A stretch of DNA of 64,000 bases from Candidatus Babeliales bacterium (lineage in GTDB: Bacteria > Babelota > Babeliae > Babelales > JANWKD01): the NCBI GenBank assembly GCA_963722255.1, contig CAVRJO010000002.1, forward strand, positions 288,001-352,000, read 5' to 3'. The translations under genes were made by a program, and so were the position numbers. Under the pieces are notes generated by a model, which was not told the DNA's origin, ran no database searches, and was given only the letters and a program-made list of their open reading frames with translations. How positions within the stretch are numbered: the first letter of the stretch is position 1; each line of letters opens with the position of its first letter. Shown one piece after another: positions 44,401 to 53,690 of this stretch.

Positions 44401-44847
44401 GGCTAATGCCGCACCGGGTTCATCTTCAGCAATTTTTTGAACAAAACCATCCGGTTTTCCATCGGGTTTAAAAAATAGATCAAGTTCATTTGCATCATAT
44501 TCTTTAAAATGGCGTACTTTCCAAAAATAAGGAGAATAGTATCCTTCTTTAATAATGTTACCAAATTCTTTTGGTCCTCCGGCTTCTAATTCTATAAAAT
44601 TTTGAACCTCAGCCTCTTCATCAAAAGTAACGGCTTGATGATAGTTTTCAGGTTTTAGTTTTAAAGACGAAGCGATTTCTTGAGCTTTCTTTAATGCTTG
44701 CTGACGATTCATGGTGATTTCAAGATCTACAATTGGAAAGGCTTTTGGAAAGAATCGAAATGAAAAGAGTATCCCTGCTATCGAAAGACAACTAAACAAA
44801 AACCAAAAAATAGTAGTATGCGTGAACGATTTTTTAACTAGATACAT
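41485..44847 (-). CDS. Large CPBP family intramembrane metalloprotease
   Basis: EECLFR, FGAAH and HFVFD motifs; multiple TM helices; internal two-fold repeat. Confidence 0.85.
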   Translation of the reverse strand: MYLVKKSFTHTTIFWFLFSCLSIAGILFSFRFFPKAFPIVDLEITMNRQQALKKAQEIASSLKLKPENYHQAVTFDEEAEVQNFIELEAGGPKEFGNIIKEGYYSPYFWKVRHFKEYDANELDLFFKPDGKPDGFVQKIAEDEPGAALASQEAQEKAMYEAQTNWGIDFSNYKIIESGQETTSKGRIDHTFVFERVDKKVGEAPYRLRLVLKGDRLTELKLSVKIPERFTRKYEEMRSLNNFIAFIALILVIILYVFCGCFLGLFFLSRWSWLEFKWPLVCAFFIGSLQVIHDINQIPFYWFEYDTAVSMQQFIGNIIIKIIFHFFMFISASLLLIMVAEGLTRKAFPKKIQLWKVWSPLAGASVQIFGRTLGGYLLLGIDLAYAIGFYYLAFQYLGWWSPSDALYNPNALATYLPWVSPIALSLSAGFLEECLFRAIPLAGAALLGNRFGKRNLFIGIALILQAIIFGAAHANYPAQPAYARLIELIIPSFIFGLTYIWYGLLPTIISHFVFDVVWFSLPIFISHASSILLDKGMIVILSLVPLLFVIFRRLQQKAWIQLPSNFYNGAWKPSYTPQRETVVVKESLKVSWSLRKKICILIVGFFGLCIWFATTRWSYDTTPLSLNRSDAISIAQKVNTVGNYPWTSLVGIEIPLDLKERNQHIYIWRKFGHDVYKKLLTSYLMPVVFKVRLVRFDGTIEERSEEYELFIDGSKKEPIVRRVHHQYPENYFLESLSKQEALEVAYRYIEHTYKLSKQDLSEILVVPIQRPQRVDWKFLFNDLRQKLELGQARIAIEVAGKNVVDASRFIFVPEQWDRSFKDETALISLLETVKFLLFMLLIMCASAVILGFSLKSIHFSFKMFLVITLTLLLKSLIQAINIWPTAIAYFNTSQPFSHQAWYVILFWVVYALFTAILYGLVVGFLHEKCFKSPQVDLPFAQYIGMGIGLGVIEIGFFSLVKYMLPHINPQWPTITYAAAYLPWLSQSLSMLSNYIEYTMLALIIFTALNYVVECNNKYRWVAVPFLLIVGLIMLDVPDFMPIGALIGIGILWGVVIWIFYYYALRNLRVAIPWIIATIKISNSIPLMVFDAYPGALLGGLMGSVLIGIMALFWSYQMYSKN

Positions 44848-45003
44848 TACAATTTTCTCTCATTAATGTTACACAATATTTTAGTCTAAGAATAAATTTT
44901 TTAACCAATTTCCCAACCATAAATTATATGGTACAATGACTGTTCAAAGATTAAAAGCTTTTTAAACAGATTAAGCTTCTAATAAAAAAAGGAGAAAGAA
45001 GAG

Positions 45004-45846
45004 ATGCAGACAACTAGTTTTATATATGAAATTTTTACCTTTGCCACTTCATTTTTTGGTTGGCGTGATTGTTGCGAAATTGCTTTCTTATCAACTATAG
45101 TTTACTATTTTTCTTCCTGGCTAAGTACAGATACTACAAAAAATCTTTTAGGCACCTTTTATATATATCTTATTCTATTATACGTTTCATATACCTTGCA
45201 ATTAACAACGATAACCATTTTCTTACTTTATTTTTCACCTATTGCAGCAATCCTGCTTATTATTATGCATCAAGAACTTTTACAAAAAAACTTTATTACT
45301 TACAAGAAAATTAGTTTGATTAATGAAATAAATGAAGACTGGCTTGAGACCATTATTCAAGTTTGTTTACAAACAATAAGTAAAAATAAAAGTATTAATA
45401 TTATTATAGAGCAACATGACTCATTAAAAGATTATTTTCAAATTCCATGTAAGCTCAATACACCACTCAGCAATATCCTCTTGTCAGTATTAATTGATAG
45501 CAATTGGTACGATGACAATAAACTTATTTGGCTTTCCAGTACAGGAACACTCTTTGGCATCAATACACAGTGTAAAAAAATAAAAAATGAGTTTTGGTTT
45601 GATTCAACAATTCAAAATTACGAACAATGGAAACAAGACGCTTTTGCACTTTCAAAAAAAACCGATGCTCTCTTTATATGCATAACGCCAACCATAAGAA
45701 CTTTTACCGTAGCATACCAAGGCAAAGTCATGGAACAACTTCAAGGATCTACCGTTATACAATTAATCAAAAAAATTCTAGTAACCGAAACTAAAAAAGG
45801 AACTATATATGGCTACACTTACAAAACTAATAACAAACAAATATAA
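45004..45846 (+). CDS. CdaA-like diadenylate cyclase homologue lacking catalytic motifs
   Basis: Three N-terminal TMs, IIMHQELL, IIIEQ, LSKKTDAL; upstream of a YbbR-like gene and glmM; no DGA or RHR. Confidence 0.75.
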   Translation: MQTTSFIYEIFTFATSFFGWRDCCEIAFLSTIVYYFSSWLSTDTTKNLLGTFYIYLILLYVSYTLQLTTITIFLLYFSPIAAILLIIMHQELLQKNFITYKKISLINEINEDWLETIIQVCLQTISKNKSINIIIEQHDSLKDYFQIPCKLNTPLSNILLSVLIDSNWYDDNKLIWLSSTGTLFGINTQCKKIKNEFWFDSTIQNYEQWKQDAFALSKKTDALFICITPTIRTFTVAYQGKVMEQLQGSTVIQLIKKILVTETKKGTIYGYTYKTNNKQI

Positions 45847-46198
45847 TCTTGCCATAAGTTCAACTATTATTGGATTTTGTTTTTGGTATTTTTTAAGCAC
45901 TATGCGGCCTCATGAAATTATGATAAAAATACCTTTAAGTTTTTATGGAGAAAAATCTGAAACGTGTATCATTGATACTTTTGAATCCATTACTGTTTGC
46001 TTAAAAGGCTTAAAAAAAGATTTTTATAATCTACAGTTCAATAATCTCGCAATACACATTAATGCTGATACATTGCAAGAAGGTAAAAATAATATTTCAA
46101 TTTCTTCTGAACATTTATTTTTACCACATGAAATTAAACTGATAAACTGTAAACCATCAAATATTGTAGTAGTTGTAAAAAAAAATAGTATACATTAG
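45809..46198 (+). CDS. CdaR/YbbR-like protein (single domain)
   Basis: N-terminal TM ending FW, ITVCLKG, LQEGKN, KPSNIVV; operon position. Confidence 0.7.
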   Translation: MATLTKLITNKYNLAISSTIIGFCFWYFLSTMRPHEIMIKIPLSFYGEKSETCIIDTFESITVCLKGLKKDFYNLQFNNLAIHINADTLQEGKNNISISSEHLFLPHEIKLINCKPSNIVVVVKKNSIH

Positions 46199-46204
46199 GA
46201 CACA

Positions 46205-47530
46205 ATGATTGATAATATTTTTGGAACTGACGGAATTCGTGCAAAAGTTGGAACATATCCTTTTACGGTAAACGCTCTTCATTTATTAGGAAAGGCAATT
46301 GCATTATGGTCTTTACAAAAATATAATAAGAAACCATCTTTTCTTTTAGGACATGATACTCGAATATCATGTGATTTTGTAAAATCATCATTAAAATCAG
46401 GATTACTTTTGTATCCAATTGTTATACATGATGGGCATGTTTTAACATCTCCCGCTGTTTGTAATATTATCACAACACAACAAAAAAAGTTTGATTGTGG
46501 AATAATTATTTCAGCCTCTCATAATCCCTTTCAAGACAATGGCATTAAAGTAATCGATGCAATTCAAGGCAAATTATCTTTGGAGGATGAACTTATCATC
46601 TCAAATATTTTTCATATGGCGATCCAAGAAGATACCTATACTAATCTTGGTACCGAAATTAACTGGCCACAGGCAGAAGATGCCTATAGAAGTTCACTTC
46701 AAACTTTTTTCAAAACTAATTTCTTACAGGGAAAAAAAGTTGTTTTAGATTGTGCACATGGAGCGGCTTATCATATTGCACCGACAATTTTCAGAGACTA
46801 TGGAGCAACGACTATTGCACTCAACAATCAACCAAATGGCATTAATATAAATCATAAATGTGGCGCCCTTCATCCTGATGCATTACAAAAAGCGGTCATT
46901 GCCTATAATGCAGATGTGGGATTTGCATTTGATGGTGATGCTGATAGGGTTGTCATGGTAAACAACCGAGGGGAGGTTCATGATGGCGATGATATTCTTG
47001 CTCTTCTTCTAAAACATCCTTTATATGAGCACACAAATGAGGTTGTTGGAACAATAATGACAAATCAAGGATTCCAATTTTATCTTCAAAAATTAGGTAA
47101 AAATCTCATTAGAACATCAGTAGGAGATAAATATATAGCTGCGCTCTTATTAGAAAAAAATCTTCTTCTTGGTGGTGAACCTTCCGGTCATATTATTGCT
47201 CGAGACTATTTACCAACAGGTGATGGAATTTTTATTGCACTAAGAATATTGGAAACAATTACTATAAATCAAAATTTGGAAATGAAATCTTTTGTGAAAT
47301 TTCCACAAATTATCATTAATATTCCAATTTCATTTAAAAAAGATTTAACAATTTTGCCATACGCCCAATTGATAACCGAAAGCCAAGATTCACTTATGCA
47401 AGGACGTCTCATTGTTCGTTATTCCGGAACAGAGCAGCTTTTGCGTATTATGATTGAGGATAGTGATTACAATCATGCACATACAATAGCTCAAACATTA
47501 GCACAAGAATTATCCAAAGCCCTTAACTAA
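46205..47530 (+). CDS. glmM: Phosphoglucosamine mutase
   Basis: FGTDGIR, ISASHNP, DGDADR, VGDKY, GGEPSGH, RYSGTE. Confidence 0.96.
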   Translation: MIDNIFGTDGIRAKVGTYPFTVNALHLLGKAIALWSLQKYNKKPSFLLGHDTRISCDFVKSSLKSGLLLYPIVIHDGHVLTSPAVCNIITTQQKKFDCGIIISASHNPFQDNGIKVIDAIQGKLSLEDELIISNIFHMAIQEDTYTNLGTEINWPQAEDAYRSSLQTFFKTNFLQGKKVVLDCAHGAAYHIAPTIFRDYGATTIALNNQPNGININHKCGALHPDALQKAVIAYNADVGFAFDGDADRVVMVNNRGEVHDGDDILALLLKHPLYEHTNEVVGTIMTNQGFQFYLQKLGKNLIRTSVGDKYIAALLLEKNLLLGGEPSGHIIARDYLPTGDGIFIALRILETITINQNLEMKSFVKFPQIIINIPISFKKDLTILPYAQLITESQDSLMQGRLIVRYSGTEQLLRIMIEDSDYNHAHTIAQTLAQELSKALN

Positions 47531-47544
47531 GCGAGAATCTCTCT

Positions 47545-48174
47545 ATGATAAAAAAGAATTTTAGTTACACCGTTCATCAAATTCAATCAATCTTTCTAAG
47601 CGGCCTTTTATCAGTTTTACCTTTTACGCTCACCATTGCACTTTTCACCTTTTGTTATCGCGTACTCAATAATTGGCTTGCTCCTGTATATAATTTAGAA
47701 CCTACCTATCTTCAATCAATACCGGGATCCCATATTTTTATAGTTCTTTTGGTTATTTTTTTAGTTGGTCTTTTAATAAAATTCTTTTTTTTAGGGCCTC
47801 TGATTCATTTTCTAGAATCAATTTTTTTTAAAATTCCTCTCATGAAACAAGTTTATGGTGGAATAAAGCAGCTGGTCCATGCCTTCAATATTCAGGATGA
47901 ACTTGCATTCAAAAAAATAGTTATGGTCCCTTTTCCCACTGCACAAAGCTATTGTATTGGTTTTTTAACCGGTGAAATGCCGGTACAAGTTACCCATTTT
48001 AGCACCGAAAAATACTTTAATATTTTTATACCTACAACACCAAACCCAACAAGCGGATTTTTGTTACAAGTTGCTGAAAAAGATGTTATCGTTATAAATT
48101 TAACACGTCAGGAGGCCATGTCCTTAATTATTTCCGGTGGCATTATTCAACCTGAGCGATTTAAAAATAAATAA
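47545..48174 (+). CDS. DUF502 membrane protein
   Basis: FLSGL..VLP, KIPLMKQVY, PTTPNPTSGF, IISGG. Confidence 0.9.
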   Translation: MIKKNFSYTVHQIQSIFLSGLLSVLPFTLTIALFTFCYRVLNNWLAPVYNLEPTYLQSIPGSHIFIVLLVIFLVGLLIKFFFLGPLIHFLESIFFKIPLMKQVYGGIKQLVHAFNIQDELAFKKIVMVPFPTAQSYCIGFLTGEMPVQVTHFSTEKYFNIFIPTTPNPTSGFLLQVAEKDVIVINLTRQEAMSLIISGGIIQPERFKNK

Positions 48175-48178
48175 TTAT

Positions 48179-48553
48179 TTAAAAACCTTCTGTGCTAGGT
48201 GTCGCTCCAACGGGTAAATCTGCAGCCGATCCGGAATAATAAGCTCTTGTTCCATAAGGTCTTTTTTCAGATCTTTGAAGCTGTAGAGCGCGCATTCTTC
48301 GATTACGTTCAATTGCAACCTCTTCTGCAGTTATGGGAGTAACTGGATTACTATAATATGCAGTATCAAAATCCCCACTATTTATAAATACAGGTTCTTC
48401 ATTTTGTTCTTCATATGATGGAAAATAATACCGCCTACCGCTTACGCCACTATAATGAGGAACTACAGTCTTGGTCATTCTGGGTTTTATGGCAAAAAGC
48501 ATGGAATCTATACTCAAAAAAAATAGTAGAATGAAAACAGTAAATTTCTTCAT
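48179..48553 (-). CDS. Small hypothetical exported protein
   Basis: MKKFTVFILLFF...LFA signal; AGGGG upstream. Confidence 0.65.
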   Translation of the reverse strand: MKKFTVFILLFFLSIDSMLFAIKPRMTKTVVPHYSGVSGRRYYFPSYEEQNEEPVFINSGDFDTAYYSNPVTPITAEEVAIERNRRMRALQLQRSEKRPYGTRAYYSGSAADLPVGATPSTEGF

Positions 48554-48768
48554 ATATACCCCTTTATTAACACATTATACTCTATTTATTACTCTTATTG
48601 TAAAATAGTGAGTGTACAAAAAGCAATAAAATCACCATAAATATATTTTTAAACTTTTCTCTAAAATAAAGCCATTTTTGCTAATTTATTGCAATTTGAA
48701 TTTAACATTATGTATACTTATACTATAGTAATATGTTCAATTATTTTTATCTATTAAAGGAGTATCTC

Positions 48769-48966
48769 ATGGCAAAGCATGAAAAACATGAAAAAGGTCA
48801 TCTTGGTCAAGAACATGAAAAACACGAAGCTCACCATCCAAAACATGGCGCTGCGCATCAAAAACATGGTGCTAAAAAGCATGAAAAATCTGCAGAACAC
48901 GAAAAGCACGGTAAACATGAAAAACCTCATCATGAATCAGCTAAAAAAGAAAACAACTGGAAATAA
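48769..48966 (+). CDS. 65-aa His/Lys/Glu-rich low-complexity protein
   Basis: AAGGAG RBS 6 nt before ATG; repeated KHE/KHG units. Confidence 0.8.
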   Translation: MAKHEKHEKGHLGQEHEKHEAHHPKHGAAHQKHGAKKHEKSAEHEKHGKHEKPHHESAKKENNWK

Positions 48967-48969
48967 TTA

Positions 48970-49137
48970 ATGAATAAGCACAAAAAAGGTAAGATTAAGG
49001 AAAGATCTGAAACAGTTGTTTCTTGGGTTAAAGAAGAAATACCTAAAAAAGGACAACATGGGAAAAAAGCAAATATAACCCGAGGCATTGAAAAAGAATC
49101 ATATCCTAAAATTCAACATCATAAAAAGGAGGAATAG
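48970..49137 (+). CDS. 55-aa Lys-rich protein (below ORF-track cutoff)
   Basis: MNKHKKGKIKERSETVVSWVKEEIPKKGQHGKKANITRGIEKESYPKIQHHKKEE; ATG 3 nt after the previous stop. Confidence 0.6.
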   Translation: MNKHKKGKIKERSETVVSWVKEEIPKKGQHGKKANITRGIEKESYPKIQHHKKEE

Positions 49138-49140
49138 ACC

Positions 49141-49320
49141 ATGGCACATAGAAAACACTTAACAAAAGAAGCTCATGTTGCACCGGAAACACATCCAAAA
49201 AAAGCAGCTGCTGAGCAAATCAAAAAAATAGAAAAAAATGCACCTAAAGAAAATGCAAAAAAAGAGATTAAATCAAATTATGGCAACAGCCATATCAAAG
49301 GTGAGCACGGCGAATATTGA
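49141..49320 (+). CDS. 59-aa Lys/His/Glu-rich protein (below ORF-track cutoff)
   Basis: AGGAGG RBS; MAHRKHLTKEAHVAPETHPKKAAAEQIKKIEKNAPKENAKKEIKSNYGNSHIKGEHGEY. Confidence 0.72.
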   Translation: MAHRKHLTKEAHVAPETHPKKAAAEQIKKIEKNAPKENAKKEIKSNYGNSHIKGEHGEY

Positions 49321-49332
49321 TCTGCATATGAT

Positions 49333-49376
49333 TCAAAAGGTAGCAACAAAAAATGATGCTACCTTTTGAGTTTTTT
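49333..49376. terminator. Terminator between convergent operons, possibly bidirectional
   Basis: TCAAAAGGTAGCA...TGCTACCTTTTGA followed by a T run. Confidence 0.75.
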
Positions 49377-50370
49377 ACTTAATATCTTCAAAGATTTTTT
49401 TCATTGAAGCTAAACTTCCAACAAGCGAACTCGCTTCATAAGGAACAAGAATCATCTTATCTTCTTTACCCTTAGTCATTTCCGGCAATGCTTTTATGTA
49501 TTGCATCGCTATCATGTAAGGTAAAGGATCTTTTCCATTAACCGCATTTTGAATCATTGCAATAGCTTCAGCTTCTGCTTGTGTTATTTTTAAACGAGCT
49601 TCTGCTTGGCCTTGGGCATCTAAAACATTGGCTTGTGCAGCACCATCAGCACGCAAAATATCAGCTTCTCGAATACCTTCAGCTTCTAAAATTGCAGCTC
49701 TCTTTTTTCCTTCAAATTCTAAAATGATTGCTCTTCTATCACGCTCCGCTCTCATTTGTTTTTCCATAGCGATGCGAATATCAAGCGGTGGATTTACTTC
49801 CTGAAGCTCAACACGATTGATTTTAACACCCCATTTATCGGTTGCTTCATCAAGAATAAGTCTTAATTTAGTATTAATTGCATCCCGTGAAACTAAACTT
49901 TCATCCAAATCCATTGCCCCAATTACATTACGAAGCGTTGTTTGCGTTAACTTTTCAATAGCTTCTGAGAGATTTGCTACTTCATACACCGCCGCTTTTG
50001 GATCAGTGATTTGATAATAGAGCAAAGCATTAATCTCCATGGTCACATTATCTCGAGTAATAACATTTTGTTTAGGAAAATCGTATACTGCTTCACGCAA
50101 ATCTAATCTATAGGTTTCTTTTACAAAACGGTGATATCGCTTTCCATCCCCTTGTATAACAACATAAGTCCATTGCACCAATCGAGGGACCTCTATGAAA
50201 GGAACAACAATGTGAAGTCCTGGAGTTAAGGTACGACTATATCTACCAAAACGCTCTATAACAATAGCCTCTGCTTGCTTAACAAGATAGACAGTTTTTA
50301 CAAGAGCTAACATAAAGAAGAGTGCTAAAAGAGCAACAAAAAATAACCCTACATATAAAAATAATACCAT
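49375..50370 (-). CDS. SPFH/stomatin-like (QmcA-type) protein
   Basis: VIERFG, PGLH, VITRDN, TTLRNVIG, WGVKINRVEL, QMRAERDRRA. Confidence 0.93.
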   Translation of the reverse strand: MVLFLYVGLFFVALLALFFMLALVKTVYLVKQAEAIVIERFGRYSRTLTPGLHIVVPFIEVPRLVQWTYVVIQGDGKRYHRFVKETYRLDLREAVYDFPKQNVITRDNVTMEINALLYYQITDPKAAVYEVANLSEAIEKLTQTTLRNVIGAMDLDESLVSRDAINTKLRLILDEATDKWGVKINRVELQEVNPPLDIRIAMEKQMRAERDRRAIILEFEGKKRAAILEAEGIREADILRADGAAQANVLDAQGQAEARLKITQAEAEAIAMIQNAVNGKDPLPYMIAMQYIKALPEMTKGKEDKMILVPYEASSLVGSLASMKKIFEDIK

Positions 50371-50409
50371 GATAATATCCTTTTAATTTAAAGTTTTAAG
50401 AATGTACGA

Positions 50410-50859
50410 TTAATTGTAATCTTGAACCAATCGTACGATACAATGACATCCAATTACATCTATAATTTCTACAACTGATCCCACAGCAAAGTGATCACTT
50501 TCCTTACCTCGTGCTGACCAAATTTCACCGCCAACTTTAATAAGTCCAATGTGAATTGGTTTTATTTCTTTAATCACTTCTGCATGCTTACCTTGAAGAG
50601 CAAAAAAATTGGTTTTTGCTCCATGCTTCGGGCCAAAATAATGGCTTTTTTTTAAAAGTACGAATAAGAGCACAATTGAAACAAGCGCGATGCCAAAAAA
50701 AGAACTTATCTGTAACAATAAACTGAATTCAAAATAGGATAACAATGAAGCACCTAATGAACCAAGAAAAAAAGATACAAAAAAGAAAAGAGTTGGTGTA
50801 AACAGCTCTAAAAATAGAAATAGTAGCCCTACGATCAACCACAATAAACATAGCATCAT
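50410..50859 (-). CDS. NfeD-like (YbbJ-type) protein
   Basis: TM helices plus OB-fold GGEIWSA; adjacent to the SPFH gene. Confidence 0.88.
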   Translation of the reverse strand: MMLCLLWLIVGLLFLFLELFTPTLFFFVSFFLGSLGASLLSYFEFSLLLQISSFFGIALVSIVLLFVLLKKSHYFGPKHGAKTNFFALQGKHAEVIKEIKPIHIGLIKVGGEIWSARGKESDHFAVGSVVEIIDVIGCHCIVRLVQDYN

Positions 50860-50971
50860 TTGAAAACTCCTATAGTTGCAATGTTTTCTTAGTAACATGG
50901 TTGGTCCTCTGCTAATAATAGTAACATTTTAACAAAAAAATTCAATGCTATTTTCTAATAGTTTATTGATA

Positions 50972-52075
50972 CTATACCAATTCTTCTAAGCTTCTTGGTT
51001 TCATTTTTTCTATTCTCTCTTGAGCCAACCTAATCATTTTCTCCTTATTTGATTTAAAACAGGTAAAAGTGTAGTTTGTCATACACATTCCATCAAATAA
51101 GCAACAAGGTAGATATATGGGTATACTCGAGAAAGAAATTACCCCTCCTAGCCATTTAGTAAAATCTTCAGTGGTATCTATACTCGAAGTACCTGGCGGT
51201 CCATAAATATACTCAGCAATAGGCCTTGAGTAAAAAAAGAGAAGCAATCCAATGACATTCATACTTAAAGGAACAATATATTTTGGAGACGTTGCAATAC
51301 AGCATGTCATAGCCCCTTTTTTATTCAGCTTTTTTTTCAATGTAACGTGAATGCAGCTTAAAAATAACCTTCGGGTTTTCAAATAAATCTTCGTAATGCG
51401 ATTTGAAGGAATATTCATTGAATGATATAGATAATCAATCTGATTCTGCGTATTAGCGCTATATTCTTCAAGCGATTCTCTAAAATCGTCATCATTCATA
51501 TTCAGTAGATTTTGTACTTTCTCCAAATCAGCATAACTATCTGCACATTTGGTTGCATATTTTTTGGATCGGGTCAAAAAATTTAAAGCTTCAGTAATTA
51601 AACATGAACATTCATCATAAGCTTCTTTATCAAAATAATGCCCTTTAGAACAACAACAATTATTTTTAACAATTTTCATCGGATTTCTTTTGATTTTTTG
51701 AGCTTCTTCACTAAGATAACGATGATGCATAAAAATAATTTTCTTCTCAACTGAGCCAGGCCAAACAAAATAAGGAGCTAATGCATATAAGGTTCCAATA
51801 TTTACATAATCACAAATATGTTCTTTAAGTTCTTCAGGTAGTTGATTAAATGAAGGTAAAAATAGTTCCTCTACTTGCATTTCACTACTATTTTGCAAGG
51901 GTAGACTACTATATTCACCTACTTCGCTTCCGTCAAGCAGCCTCGTAGTTTCCATTTGATATGATTCATTATTCACGCTTCCTATTTGAGGGGCATATTC
52001 AAAAGCTTGATCTTCCATTGCATAATTAAAAAAAATAACCTGTAGCATTAACAACATCATACAGAAAGTTCTCAT
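50972..52075 (-). CDS. Exported F-box-like protein with C-terminal TM pair
   Basis: Signal ...FNYA-MED; FNQLPEELKEHICDYV; two hydrophobic segments flanked by CC. Confidence 0.75.
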   Translation of the reverse strand: MRTFCMMLLMLQVIFFNYAMEDQAFEYAPQIGSVNNESYQMETTRLLDGSEVGEYSSLPLQNSSEMQVEELFLPSFNQLPEELKEHICDYVNIGTLYALAPYFVWPGSVEKKIIFMHHRYLSEEAQKIKRNPMKIVKNNCCCSKGHYFDKEAYDECSCLITEALNFLTRSKKYATKCADSYADLEKVQNLLNMNDDDFRESLEEYSANTQNQIDYLYHSMNIPSNRITKIYLKTRRLFLSCIHVTLKKKLNKKGAMTCCIATSPKYIVPLSMNVIGLLLFFYSRPIAEYIYGPPGTSSIDTTEDFTKWLGGVISFSSIPIYLPCCLFDGMCMTNYTFTCFKSNKEKMIRLAQERIEKMKPRSLEELV

Positions 52076-52512
52076 ATTTTTCCTTTTAAATGGCTTTAAA
52101 CCAATTCTACCATTCTTCTTCGTTTCATAGATTTTATTACATCCTGAGCCGACATAATCATATGCTCCTTAGTTGACCCACAAAACAAAAATGGATGCCA
52201 ACCTGCTAAATAGCAAGTATTACCAAAACAAACCGTTAGAGCTATCATGCAACTACTAAAGCATAATAATAGTCCTGATATTTTACAAATAGCGTTCAAA
52301 TCATTTCCATCATTTGTATCAGTTATATCTCTCGAATTACGCATGAGATAAACACCAACTAAAAATATAAATGAGGCACTAGCATATTTTAGCGGTGCTC
52401 CAATACAGCATACAGCAGTTTATAATGAACCCCAGAAACTTGACACGATAAAATTAAAAATGTGTTAGTTTTTAATGAACATGAAAGTGAACATTATTAT
52501 CGGGGAATTTTT

Positions 52513-52788
52513 ATGGCAAGAAGATATAAAAAACATAGTAGTTCATTCAAAGCAAAAGTAGCTATAGATGCTATTAGAGAACAAAAAACTTTAAACGAAC
52601 TAAGTCAGGAACATAGCATTGCTCCTGCACAAATCTCTATCTGGAAAAGACATGCTGAAGAAAATATGAGCAACCTTTTTGAGGGGAAACAAGAAAAGGA
52701 CCAACAAGAGGAAATTGATAGGCTTTATCGAGTAATTGGTCAAATAACGGCAGAGCGTGATTTTTTAGAACGCTCGCTCAATCGATAG
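52513..52788 (+). CDS. IS3 transposase OrfA
   Basis: HSSSFKAKVA HTH, IGQITAERDFL. Confidence 0.9.
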   Translation: MARRYKKHSSSFKAKVAIDAIREQKTLNELSQEHSIAPAQISIWKRHAEENMSNLFEGKQEKDQQEEIDRLYRVIGQITAERDFLERSLNR

Positions 52789-52808
52789 ATTTAAAGCAGC
52801 GTAAGGAA

Positions 52809-53690
52809 ATGGTTGAGTGTGTAAATGAAGCAATAGACTTTAAAAGAAAATGTGAACTTTTAGATGTATCGAGAGGATCGATGTATTACAAGCCTAAACC
52901 TCAAAAAAATAATGATGCAATTATTATGAATGAGCTACGTGAAATTTATCAAGAAACGCCTTCCTATGGCTATCGGCGCATGACAGTAGCTTTAAGAGAA
53001 AATGGTTTTTTGGTTAATCATAAAAAAGTTTTTATGTTGCTTAAGATAGCGGGCATCCAGGCCATTTACCCTCGCAAAAAAACAACCATACGAAATCAGG
53101 GGCACAAAGTATTTCCTTATTTATTGCGTGGGTTGCTTATTAATCGACCAAATCAGGTTTGGCAAGTAGATATAACCTATATAAAAATACGGGGTGGTTT
53201 TGTATATTTGGTTTGCTTAATTGATGTTTTTAGTCGAAAAATCATGGGATGGAAATTGTCAATTTCTCTTGATACAGCGTTATGCATAGAGGCGTTCAAT
53301 AGTGCTTTGCAACATGGTATTCCAGAAATTGTTAATAGCGACCAAGGATGTCAATTTACCAGTGCTCTGTGGGTTGAATTAGTGCAACAATATGGAATTC
53401 AAATAAGTATGGATGGTAAAGGAAGATGGGCAGATAATGTTTATATTGAGAGGCTTTGGCGTACGATAAAATATGAGATGATACATTTGCATAGCTTTGA
53501 TACAGTTCAACAGGTAAGAGATGCGCTTGCAAGTTACATTGTTTTTTATAATACACGACGTTATCATTCAAAGCTTAATTATCACGCACCAGACGCTATT
53601 TTCGCAAAAAAAATTATTCCATCTAAAAAAGAATTATTCGAAAGTTTTATAGCTTCACAAATTTATAAACTTGGAGCCGCTATGATTTAA
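52809..53690 (+). CDS. IS3 transposase OrfB (integrase core)
   Basis: YGYRR, WQVDITY, NSDQGCQF, DNVYIERLWRTIKYE. Confidence 0.93.
   Translation: MVECVNEAIDFKRKCELLDVSRGSMYYKPKPQKNNDAIIMNELREIYQETPSYGYRRMTVALRENGFLVNHKKVFMLLKIAGIQAIYPRKKTTIRNQGHKVFPYLLRGLLINRPNQVWQVDITYIKIRGGFVYLVCLIDVFSRKIMGWKLSISLDTALCIEAFNSALQHGIPEIVNSDQGCQFTSALWVELVQQYGIQISMDGKGRWADNVYIERLWRTIKYEMIHLHSFDTVQQVRDALASYIVFYNTRRYHSKLNYHAPDAIFAKKIIPSKKELFESFIASQIYKLGAAMI

Noticed and set aside
48779..48970. Alternate-frame 63-aa MKNMKK ORF
   Set aside because: Shadow frame of the KHE repeats; the RBS supports the ATG at 48769
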